NCBI GenBank assembly: GCA_965226555.1
Contig: CBDDDG010000019.1
Span: forward strand, 1-35,483
Direction: 5' to 3'
Length of the DNA stretch: 35,483 bases
Source of the DNA: Salinispira sp.
Lineage (GTDB): Bacteria > Spirochaetota > Spirochaetia > DSM-27196 > Salinispiraceae
The translations under genes were made by a program, and so were the position numbers. Positions 1 to 8,210 of this stretch are shown piece after piece (within the stretch, counting starts at the first letter, position 1; the number at the start of each line of letters is the position of its first letter). Below the pieces are notes generated by a model. It did no database searches. It saw only the letters and a program-made list of their open reading frames with translations, and was not told the origin of the DNA.

Positions 1-13
1 TACTATTGACCTC

Positions 14-982
14 ATGAGTAAGTTCAGTAAACTTCTTGCCTGTCTCGACAGGGACAGGCGGGTCATTATTCAGGCGCACGATTTTCCCGATCACGATGCG
101 GTCGCGAGCGGATTCGCGCTCTGCCGTCTTCTGGAGGAACATTCCTTCACAACGCTGCTCTGCTATAGCGGCGGCCTTGAGAGCCAATCGCTTATGAACG
201 CCATTGAGTTCCTCGGCATACCGCTCATGCGCGGCGATCAGTGTGAAATACATCCCGATGATCAGTGGATTGTTGTCGATGCCTTCCCGGGCAACAGCAA
301 TGTTACTGATATTTCGGCGCGGCTCATCGGCATGATCGACCATCACACACCCCCGGGAACACCGCAACCCCGTTTCTCCGACATCCGCTTCAGCGACATA
401 CAGGAAAACATCGGCTCCTGCTCAACCATTATCCATTCCTATTACAAGGAGTCCGGCATTGAGCCCGACCGGAATGTTTCTTCCGCCCTGCTCATGGGGC
501 TGCTCATGGACACTGCCTTCATGACGCGCGGCGTTACCCGCGCGGACATGGGATCCTTCTCCGAATTGTTTTTCATGGGCGATTGGGAAACGGAAATCCG
601 GTTGCTGAAAAACAGCCTCAGCCTGCATGAATTGCGGTCGGTCAGGGAGGCAATTGATGTCTGCGATGTCCACGGCATTTTCGCCTTCATTCCCCTCCAG
701 CAGGAGTGCAGCCCGGCGGTGGCGGCTATTATTGCCGATTTTTTTCTGGATATTCACGAAATTACCTTTGTTGTGGTGGTCATTCCCGGAGAACGCGAGT
801 ACAGAATATCGGTCAGGAGCGAAGAACCGCGCTTTCCTGCCGATGTGGTCGTCCGAAAGTCCATAGAGGGCATCGGGCGCGGGGGCGGACACATCTACAT
901 GGGCGGCGGCACCATCCCCGAGCACAGCTTCCCCGGACAGCAGTCCCTCCGCGACCGCTTTATCAGCACAATGAACATATAG
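14..982 (+). CDS. DHH family phosphoesterase (NrnA-like) with DHHA1 domain
   Basis: Motifs HDFPDHDA, IVVD, MIDHH, GSCSTI, ISVRS and GGGH. TACTAT at 1-6 lies 7 nt before the ATG. Confidence 0.88.
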   Translation: MSKFSKLLACLDRDRRVIIQAHDFPDHDAVASGFALCRLLEEHSFTTLLCYSGGLESQSLMNAIEFLGIPLMRGDQCEIHPDDQWIVVDAFPGNSNVTDISARLIGMIDHHTPPGTPQPRFSDIRFSDIQENIGSCSTIIHSYYKESGIEPDRNVSSALLMGLLMDTAFMTRGVTRADMGSFSELFFMGDWETEIRLLKNSLSLHELRSVREAIDVCDVHGIFAFIPLQQECSPAVAAIIADFFLDIHEITFVVVVIPGEREYRISVRSEEPRFPADVVVRKSIEGIGRGGGHIYMGGGTIPEHSFPGQQSLRDRFISTMNI

Positions 983-1004
983 AACATTTCATATAGCCGA
1001 ACAT

Positions 1005-1034
1005 TTGACAATGTTCAATGTCCTATGATATAGT
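1005..1034 (+). promoter_or_regulatory. sigma70-type promoter of repeat lipoprotein 1
   Basis: TTGACA at 1005-1010, 18-nt spacer, TG-n-TATAGT (1026-1034). GGAGG at 1053-1057 upstream of ATG 1069. Confidence 0.65.
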
Positions 1035-1068
1035 ATTGAATATAAAATTGATGGAGGAATAAAACGAT

Positions 1069-2609
1069 ATGAATTCATATTCCATGACAACTTGTAACAA
1101 TAGACCAGTGCGGACACCCGCGCAGAGCCTGAACCGCCGGAAACATCTTCGAAGTCCGCAGCTGCTGCTGGGAATCCTTTGTGTTTTTGTCTTGATGCTT
1201 ACGTTCTCCGCCTGTGATCAGTACGGTTTTTTTGACGATGGTATTCACAGCGGCACCGGCACGATATACGATCTCTACGGCTACGACAAAGACGGCTACA
1301 ACGCTGACGGTTTTAACGCTGAAGGCAAACACCGAGACTCCGACACGATATACAACCCACAGGGCTATGACATAAACGGCTACAACGCGGATGGCTTTAA
1401 CGCTGAGGGTAATCACCGGGCAACCGGCATACAATACAATAGAGACGGCTACGACAAAGACGGCTACAATGCAGCCGGTTTTAACGCGCCGCAGGCGATC
1501 ACCGAGACACCAACACGATATACAACCCACAGGGCTATGACATAAACGGTTACAACGCAGACGGCTTTAACGCTGAAGGAAAATACCGAGACACCGACAT
1601 GAAATATAACCCGCTGGGCTATGACAAAGACGGCTACAACGCGGACGGTTTTAATGCTGACGGCAAACACCGAGACACCGACACGATATACAACCCACAG
1701 GGCTATGACATCAATGGTTACGACATCAACGGTTTCGATGCTGACGGCAATTATCGTGATGGAACGGAGTATGACAGGTATGGTTACAACGCAGCAGGCT
1801 ATAACGCAGCAGGCTATAACGAACGCGGATATGATTCTGCAGGTGTTCACAAAGACGATTTCACCACGCTTGCTGCCGCGAATGAGAGCATCGCAGATAT
1901 CTGGTCGAATGAAATAACAATGTGGGTGCTGGATTCTTCCGATGACCACATTTATGCCTACAACATGGAGACCAAGGAGCGCGATGAACCAAAAGAATTC
2001 ACTGCCGCCACACTTACTGCTGCCGGGAATGATAACCCCCAAGGCATGTGGTCGGATGAAACAACAATGTGGGTGTCGGATCCTTCCGATGACCACATTT
2101 ATGCCTACAACATGGAGACCAAGGAGCGCGATGAGACAAAAGAAATTACCCCGCTTTTTGCTAATGGGAATTATCAGGCCGGTAGTTTATGGGCGAATAC
2201 TGAGACAATGTGGGTAGTGGATATAGCTGCTGGAATCTATGCCTACGACTATACAATAGATACCACAGGCAGTATCACGGTAACCTACAAGGTTTCAAAA
2301 GAATTCGCTCAATCTATATTTACTGCTGCCGGGAATAGTACCCATCGCAGAATATGGTCAAACGGGACAACGATGTGGGTGACAGATGCAACTGATAAAA
2401 AAATCTATGCCTACGACTATACAATAGATACCGCAGGCAATATCACGGCAACCTACAATGCTTCAAAAGACTTCGATAAATCCATACTTTCTGCTGCCGG
2501 GAATACTGACCCCACGGGGATCTGGTCAAATGGAACAACAATCTGGGTGAGCAATTTGACTGGTCAAAAAATCCTTGCCTACGACTTAGCGACTCAGGAG
2601 CGCCCCTAA
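1069..2609 (+). pseudogene. Frameshifted repeat lipoprotein (lipobox, GYD/GYN/GFN repeats, five WSxxxTMWV propeller-like blades), split into ORFs 1069-1545 and 1599-2609
   Basis: Lipobox LTFSA-C (Cys codon 1213-1215). The repeat continues in another frame after aacGCgccgcaggc (1483-1496). Removing 2 nt restores a 512-aa ORF collinear with the paralog at 24077-25489. Confidence 0.8.
1258..1850 (+). repeat. Intragenic tandem repeats encoding (T)xYNPxGYDxxGYNAxGFNAxGxHRD units (~84 bp) and short GYN/GYD sub-repeats
   Basis: Repeated ggctacgacaaagacggctacaac and gatatacaacccacagggctatgac segments. Confidence 0.85.
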
Positions 2610-2618
2610 GACAGAATA

Positions 2619-4211
2619 ATGGAAACAGTGCGCTACCGTAATCTGGATAGGCTTGACTCGTTTCGGCATCTGCTGAAAAAAACACCGCCCGACTTGGCGG
2701 ATGTACTCAATGAGCGCAGGGTTCGGAAGTATGAAATTGAAACGGACATTGGGAAGGGCGAGAGGTTTTTCTATAACTATTCCGCGAAACAGGTAGATGA
2801 GAACATCCTGCGCAATCTTCAGGAACTCGCTGAGGAGCAGCAGCTCATTGAAAAATATCGGGCCATAGTTACCGGTGAAATTATGAATACCGGTGAAGAG
2901 CGCCGTGTTCTTCATCATCTTTCCCGGGGGATCGTGCTCACCGATGTTGTTCATGAGGAAAAAAGCCTCCGGCAGTTTTACCGTTCCCAGCAGGATCGTA
3001 TTGCAGCGTTCTGCGGCGATGTTCGCGCTGCCGAAATTTGTACTCCTGCGGGAAGACGCTTTGAAACTGTGGTGCAGGTCGGCATTGGCGGTTCAGACCT
3101 TGGCCCCCGCGCGCTGTATCTGGCTCTGCAAAATTACCGGACTGCGGGCAGCCTTGCTGCGTATTTTATATCGAACGTTGATCCTGATGATGCTGCCGAA
3201 GTGCTTCAGAAGGTCGACCCTGAAACAACGCTGTTTATTCTTGTTTCAAAAAGCGGTACCACTCAGGAAACGCGTGCAAACGAGAACCTCATTCTCCATT
3301 ATCTCCGGCAGAAAAACATTCGCGAGCCCAGAAAGCACATTATCTGCATTACGAGCGAAACAAGTCCGCTGGCCTCTGGCGGGGAGTATCTTGCGCATTT
3401 TTTCATTAACAATTTTATCGGCGGACGATACAGCTCAACAAGCGCAGTCGGCGGCGCGATACTGAGCCTTGCCCTTGACCCATCCATTTTTGCCGAAATA
3501 CTCGAAGGCGCAGCCGCAGCCGACCATGCCGCTCTGGAAACAAAGCTACAAAACAATGCCGCCATGCTCGATGCCCTCATTGGCGTATGGGAGCGAAACG
3601 TTTTGAATTTTCCCGTTACGGCTATTCTTCCATACAGCCAGGCGCTCAGCCGTTTTCCGGCTCATCTCCAGCAGCTCGATATGGAAAGTAACGGAAAACA
3701 GGTAAACCGCAGGGCTGAGGTCATTACCTACGCAACCGGTCCGGTTATTTTTGGCGAGCCGGGAACAAACGGGCAGCACAGTTTCTATCAGCTGCTTCAC
3801 CAGAGCGCCGACATTGTTCCGCTCCAGTTTATCGGCTTTCTGCAGAATCAGGAAAATCTGGATACTGAATGGGAACATTCAACGAATAGGCAGAAACTGA
3901 ATGCAAACCTTGCCGCGCAAATTACCGCCTTTGCTCTGGGCAGAAAACATGCACACGGCAATAAGAATTTCCCCGGCGGGCGCCCCTCAAGCCTGCTGTA
4001 CGCTGAAAAACTCAGTCCTCGGGTACTGGGGGCATTGCTTTCTCATTTTGAGAACAAGGTAATGTTTCAGGGTTTGACGTGGAATATCAACAGCTTTGAT
4101 CAGGAGGGAGTGCAGCTCGGCAAGGTTCTTACCGCGCAGGTACTATCTTCCGAAACCCTGAACGGAGCGCTGCTGGAGTTCAGCCGGAAACTGGGACTGC
4201 GCCCCAACTAA
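2619..4211 (+). CDS. pgi: Glucose-6-phosphate isomerase
   Basis: GIGGSDLGP, SKSGTTQET, GGRYS, QQLDMESNGK, GEPGTNGQHSFYQLLHQ and NSFDQEGVQLGK motifs. Confidence 0.97.
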   Translation: METVRYRNLDRLDSFRHLLKKTPPDLADVLNERRVRKYEIETDIGKGERFFYNYSAKQVDENILRNLQELAEEQQLIEKYRAIVTGEIMNTGEERRVLHHLSRGIVLTDVVHEEKSLRQFYRSQQDRIAAFCGDVRAAEICTPAGRRFETVVQVGIGGSDLGPRALYLALQNYRTAGSLAAYFISNVDPDDAAEVLQKVDPETTLFILVSKSGTTQETRANENLILHYLRQKNIREPRKHIICITSETSPLASGGEYLAHFFINNFIGGRYSSTSAVGGAILSLALDPSIFAEILEGAAAADHAALETKLQNNAAMLDALIGVWERNVLNFPVTAILPYSQALSRFPAHLQQLDMESNGKQVNRRAEVITYATGPVIFGEPGTNGQHSFYQLLHQSADIVPLQFIGFLQNQENLDTEWEHSTNRQKLNANLAAQITAFALGRKHAHGNKNFPGGRPSSLLYAEKLSPRVLGALLSHFENKVMFQGLTWNINSFDQEGVQLGKVLTAQVLSSETLNGALLEFSRKLGLRPN

Positions 4212-4249
4212 TTTATCCGAACCTCATTTCGCCGCCTGCCTGACCGCGT

Positions 4250-5242
4250 TCAGATGGAACTGCTGTTTACCTCTTCGATCCAGTTGAGACAGTCGGCATA
4301 CACGCTCACCCGATCTCTGTCGTGGAGCAGCGCATGCTTTCCATTATACTGACGAAGCGCTATATCTTCCCAGCCGGACTTCTGAAATACCTCCCGAAGC
4401 TGCTCTGCGCCCTTTCCAAAAGCGCTGACAGGACCATTCCTGCCTGCAAATATATACATGGGCAGGCTTTTCGCTGGGGGGCGATATTTTCGTGAATACA
4501 AAAACTGCTGTCCTTCCAGAATGGTTTTATACAGACCCAAACGGAACGCAGTTTCACACAGTGGATCAGAAATATAATTATCGACTTCTTCAGGTTCACT
4601 ACTGACCCAATCCTGTTCTGTCCGCATGGTGAACGATGGAATGTTTCGGTAATAGTGCCTGCCCATTAATTTTTCAATGCGGGGGCTGAAAGCACGGTCG
4701 CCATGTTTCTTTATTTCAGAATAAGTTCTTTGCAGAATGGAATGATGTTTTCCATCCTTTATTGAGGGAGGAGAAGCAAACACTATACCACTCAGGCGGT
4801 AAAAAATTTCTTCAGGGAGTATGGAAAGGGCGCTACTCACGATGGTACTGCCCATACCCTGTCCGAAGATAAAATTCTGCCCTGCCTTATATCGGAAGAG
4901 AATATACTGGAGTATGCTCATGAAATCTTTCAGATACATTTCCCAGCCCCTTTTCGCAGGCATATACAGAAAATCGGGATTCTCCGCGGCAGCTTTTCGC
5001 AGGGACGGAACAGTACTTCCCGCATTGGCGCGCAGGGCTGAAAAGCCGTGTCCGCGCAGATCATATGCCGCAACACTGTAGCCATGATGCATGAGAAACA
5101 GCGAAAAGTTATGATAGCGGCCGGAATGTTCTCCTATATCATGCGTAATGAGTACTATTCCGCGTTCCTTTTTCCGAACCTGCCACAATCGGAGAAATGC
5201 CGATGATCTCTCTATGGGCACATACATGTGCTCTTCTCTCAT
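4250..5242 (-). CDS. Alpha/beta hydrolase fold protein (lysophospholipase/Hydrolase_4-like), catalytic Ser apparently lost
   Basis: HDIGEHSGRY, YDLRGHG and YISDPLC motifs. The nucleophile elbow reads GQGMG instead of GHSMG. The ATG overlaps the uppP stop. Confidence 0.8.
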   Translation of the reverse strand: MREEHMYVPIERSSAFLRLWQVRKKERGIVLITHDIGEHSGRYHNFSLFLMHHGYSVAAYDLRGHGFSALRANAGSTVPSLRKAAAENPDFLYMPAKRGWEMYLKDFMSILQYILFRYKAGQNFIFGQGMGSTIVSSALSILPEEIFYRLSGIVFASPPSIKDGKHHSILQRTYSEIKKHGDRAFSPRIEKLMGRHYYRNIPSFTMRTEQDWVSSEPEEVDNYISDPLCETAFRLGLYKTILEGQQFLYSRKYRPPAKSLPMYIFAGRNGPVSAFGKGAEQLREVFQKSGWEDIALRQYNGKHALLHDRDRVSVYADCLNWIEEVNSSSI

Positions 5243-6039
5243 AAGCCGAGCAATCCAACAATGCCGAGCGGAATGAGATAAAAGGCGAAATAGAAAAATT
5301 TACCCTGCCGTACCAGTCGCATAAGAAACATGAGGGAAAAAAAGCCGCTTATGAATGCTGCGATCATGCCCGGAAAGAGGACAGATGCCCCAATGTGTTC
5401 GCTCATATCGCTTATATCGCGCATTTTGAGAAGGACGGCTCCAACAATTGCCGGAATTGAAAGAATAAAGCTGAATTCGCCCGCAACCTCCCTCTTCAAA
5501 CCCATTGCGATCCCTGCCGATATGCTTATTCCCGAACGGCTTATCCCCGGAAAAACTCCGACCCCCTGGGAAAGACCGATGAACAGTGAATCTTTTACGG
5601 TGATATTTCCATAATCCTTATTGCCGATGGGCAGCCTCGATGATGCAAGAAGGATAAGAGCGGTTATCATAAAGCATATGCTTATTACTGTGATGTTTTC
5701 CCCCAGCCCGGGAATGCTGCCGATGGCAATGCCGAGAACCGCAGTAACAATGGTTGCCGCTATGATCAGGCCGATAAGGCGAATATGCAGTCTGTCCTGT
5801 TCATCTGCCCTGCCGGTAATGCTCCGATACACGCTCCGCATAAGTTCACCCAGGCGCGTGCGAAACATAATGAGCACGGCAAGCAGGGTGGCAAAATGAA
5901 GGAGAATGTCGAACACAAGAGGAATGTCTTCCAGCCCCCAGATGTTTTTCATGAGCGCCAGATGACCGGAGCTTGAAACAGGAAGAAACTCAGTGAGCCC
6001 CTGAATGAGCCCAAAGAGGAGGGCTTCTGTTGCAGTCAT
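5239..6039 (-). CDS. uppP: Undecaprenyl-diphosphate phosphatase (BacA/UppP)
   Basis: GLIQGLTEFLPVSSSGHL and PGISRSG motifs, multiple TM helices, AGGAG SD upstream. Confidence 0.96.
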   Translation of the reverse strand: MTATEALLFGLIQGLTEFLPVSSSGHLALMKNIWGLEDIPLVFDILLHFATLLAVLIMFRTRLGELMRSVYRSITGRADEQDRLHIRLIGLIIAATIVTAVLGIAIGSIPGLGENITVISICFMITALILLASSRLPIGNKDYGNITVKDSLFIGLSQGVGVFPGISRSGISISAGIAMGLKREVAGEFSFILSIPAIVGAVLLKMRDISDMSEHIGASVLFPGMIAAFISGFFSLMFLMRLVRQGKFFYFAFYLIPLGIVGLLGL

Positions 6040-6095
6040 ATATTATTCTCCTGGAAAATTTTGCAGAGCAAAATAGTATACCATGGAATACCCTC

Positions 6096-6713
6096 CTATT
6101 TCCAGCGTGGTGGATTTTTGACAGCATGCAGCGATTCCAATGGTGGAACAGTAGTGTTTTGAGATATCCGAAAAAACAGGAATGCAAGAGCAATAATGAT
6201 GCACACAGCAAGAATGGAAAGAACGGCGATTATCCCAGCGCTCAGCGGTTTCATTTCCCCCTGCTCTTCCCGATCCCAGTCGGCATCAGCATCATCCATC
6301 CCCTGCTCTTCCCGATCCCAGTCGGCATCAGCAGCATCATCATCAGCATCAGCACCACCCTCAGCACCAGCCTCAGCCTGTGCATCAATGTTGAGAACAA
6401 ACTCTTGTTCAGCCCCCTGTTTTCCTATTTTGGCATGTATTTTCAGTGAATTGTTTATTCCGGGCGCAAAAATAAGCCTAATACTTCGATCAGTTTCTTT
6501 CTTTGTGTCTACCGGAATGTTCGTGAGTTCAATTGTGCCGATAAAATTGGCATGGATGCATTCCTTATCATCATCATCCGATTGGAAAAAACGAAGATGA
6601 ACAACTTCCTGATTAACCCTCGCCGGTGTAATTAATAAACGCTTTAAATAATGTGGTTTTAATTCATCGAGAATAAAGTGATATGATCCGTCTGCTAATT
6701 GTATACTAATCAT
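6096..6713 (-). CDS. Hypothetical membrane protein: N-terminal Hsp70 substrate-binding-like beta domain, acidic repeat linker, one C-proximal TM helix
   Basis: IQLADGSY...LITPARVNQEVVHLRFFQ...FIGTIELTNIP resembles the TVxDNQxxVxIxxyQ...lG.f.L.gIP pattern. TM segment is IIAVLSILAVCIIIALAFLFF. Purine-rich SD (agggggaa). Confidence 0.6.
   Translation of the reverse strand: MISIQLADGSYHFILDELKPHYLKRLLITPARVNQEVVHLRFFQSDDDDKECIHANFIGTIELTNIPVDTKKETDRSIRLIFAPGINNSLKIHAKIGKQGAEQEFVLNIDAQAEAGAEGGADADDDAADADWDREEQGMDDADADWDREEQGEMKPLSAGIIAVLSILAVCIIIALAFLFFRISQNTTVPPLESLHAVKNPPRWK
6258..6341. repeat. 42-bp tandem duplication (DADADWDREEQG x2) inside the 6096-6713 CDS
   Basis: cccctgctcttcccgatcccagtcggcatcagca begins at 6258 and at 6300. 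Confidence 0.9.
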
Positions 6714-6731
6714 AATTCCCCCTGTTTTTTT

Positions 6732-6784
6732 AGTGTAGTATTGACATTTTTTCTTGACAAGTACTTAGATTGGCAAAATACTAT
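6732..6784. promoter_or_regulatory. Overlapping divergent sigma70-type promoters
   Basis: Minus strand: TTGTCA (6760-6755), 17 nt, TACACT (6737-6732). Plus strand: TTGACA (6754-6759) and TACTAT (6779-6784), 7 nt before ATG 6792; the 19-nt spacer makes this one weaker. Confidence 0.55.
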
Positions 6785-6791
6785 TATTGCT

Positions 6792-8126
6792 ATGTATATA
6801 ATTGTTGTTATTGGTTTCACTATTGTAGTTCTTTTTATGGTGTTTATCATTATCGCAAGATTTCGGCAATATCAAAACGAATCACATCATGATCAGGTTA
6901 TTCAGACAGCAAAAAAGCGTCTGATTACGAATCCTTATGATAAAGATGCTCTGACTGTATTGTCGGAGATATTCTTTGAGGATAGGGATTGGCAGCAGAC
7001 CCTCAAATTCTCGGGAATGCTTATAAATTCGCATAAAGTTAGTGAAGGAGACAGTAGTAACAACCTTATTCAAGACCTTATTCAAGCTAAGTTGCGCTAT
7101 GGCATTTCTGCTTTTCATCTTAACATGCTCTCCCATGCCGGTAAAATGCTGGAGTCTGTGAAAAAAGATGGCGATATCTCATTCGAGGGTAATTACTATC
7201 TGGGAATCACACTCTTTAAGCGGGGCGAGTATCAAAGGGCACTGACATATCTCCGCATCGCCGTGCAATTTGATTCAGAGCATTTTGATTGTCTGAAATG
7301 TCTTGGAATGACATATTTTTATCTCAAACAGTATAAGCTCGGAGAGGTAGTGCTGAACGCTGTTCGAAATATGGATCCGGAGGATTGCGAAATACGGTTT
7401 TTTCTTGCCAGTTGCTATTTTCGCGCCAGACAGTTTGTTCCTGCATTGCAGATACTGGAAAAATTACTTGAAAACATAACCTATGGTCCCCGTGCCGCTC
7501 TCATAGCCGGAAGTGTCCGGATAAATCAACAGAATTTGCAGTTGGCAAAAGAAGATTTGGAAATTGGTCTGAGCCATAAGATTATAAAACAGGAACTGAA
7601 GCTGGAACTTCTCTACCAACTTGGTACTGTGCTTTCGCAGCTCAATGACATGAAGGGATCGCAGGATATTTTCACTTTGATACACAATGCTGTCCCCGAT
7701 TACCGGGATGTAGATTCGAAATTAGCTTGGTTAAGAGAATTGAGTATGAATACATATCTCAATATGTTTATTACCGCAGAACGGTCAAAATTCATTATTC
7801 TCTGCAAGCGTCTGTGTACCACCTGTCTTCCAAATGTGAGAATAATAAATACCGTATATCAGTTTGAAGGTCATCTTGATATCCATGTAGATACGGAGAT
7901 TGAGGGCAGGGTGCAAAGAGTTATTATCCGTTTTATCCGAAGTATAGGAATTATCGGCGATATCATTCTGCGGGATATGAATTCCTGTATGGCGATGGCT
8001 AAGGTTACTCATGGAATATGTGTTTGCGCAGGATATTTTTCACAAACGGCAATTAAATTTTCCCACGACCGGTTCATTAAATTGGTGCCGAAGTCCGATT
8101 TTCTTAACTGTATAAATAAGCTGTGA
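6792..8126 (+). CDS. Membrane-anchored tetratricopeptide repeat protein with C-terminal Mrr-like (restriction endonuclease fold) domain
   Basis: N-terminal TM MYIIVVIGFTIVVLFMVFIIIA and TPR patterns (YYLGITLFKRGEYQRALTYL; DPEDCEIRFFLASCY). The C-terminus GHLDI...IIRFIR..GIIGD..LRD...GICV.AGYFS..A.KF..IKLV is Mrr-like. Start moved from 6699 to 6792. Confidence 0.78.
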   Translation: MYIIVVIGFTIVVLFMVFIIIARFRQYQNESHHDQVIQTAKKRLITNPYDKDALTVLSEIFFEDRDWQQTLKFSGMLINSHKVSEGDSSNNLIQDLIQAKLRYGISAFHLNMLSHAGKMLESVKKDGDISFEGNYYLGITLFKRGEYQRALTYLRIAVQFDSEHFDCLKCLGMTYFYLKQYKLGEVVLNAVRNMDPEDCEIRFFLASCYFRARQFVPALQILEKLLENITYGPRAALIAGSVRINQQNLQLAKEDLEIGLSHKIIKQELKLELLYQLGTVLSQLNDMKGSQDIFTLIHNAVPDYRDVDSKLAWLRELSMNTYLNMFITAERSKFIILCKRLCTTCLPNVRIINTVYQFEGHLDIHVDTEIEGRVQRVIIRFIRSIGIIGDIILRDMNSCMAMAKVTHGICVCAGYFSQTAIKFSHDRFIKLVPKSDFLNCINKL

Positions 8127-8127
8127 A

Positions 8128-8162
8128 AATGCTCAGCACAAAGAAAGCAATGCAAAAGTTTC
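8128..8162 (+). repeat. Internally deleted copy of the intergenic element at 23799-23926
   Basis: 8128-8149 matches 23799-23820 at 21/22 nt. 8148-8162 matches 23912-23926 at 15/15 nt. Confidence 0.8.
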
Positions 8163-8210
8163 TGAAAGAATTCCAGTTCGGAGGCGAGAAACAGGGCGCA
8201 TAATTCTCCG

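Noticed and set aside
4212..4249. Intrinsic terminators between convergent genes (also 8127-8210 and 30003-30028)
   Set aside because: No convincing GC stem followed by a U-tract was found.
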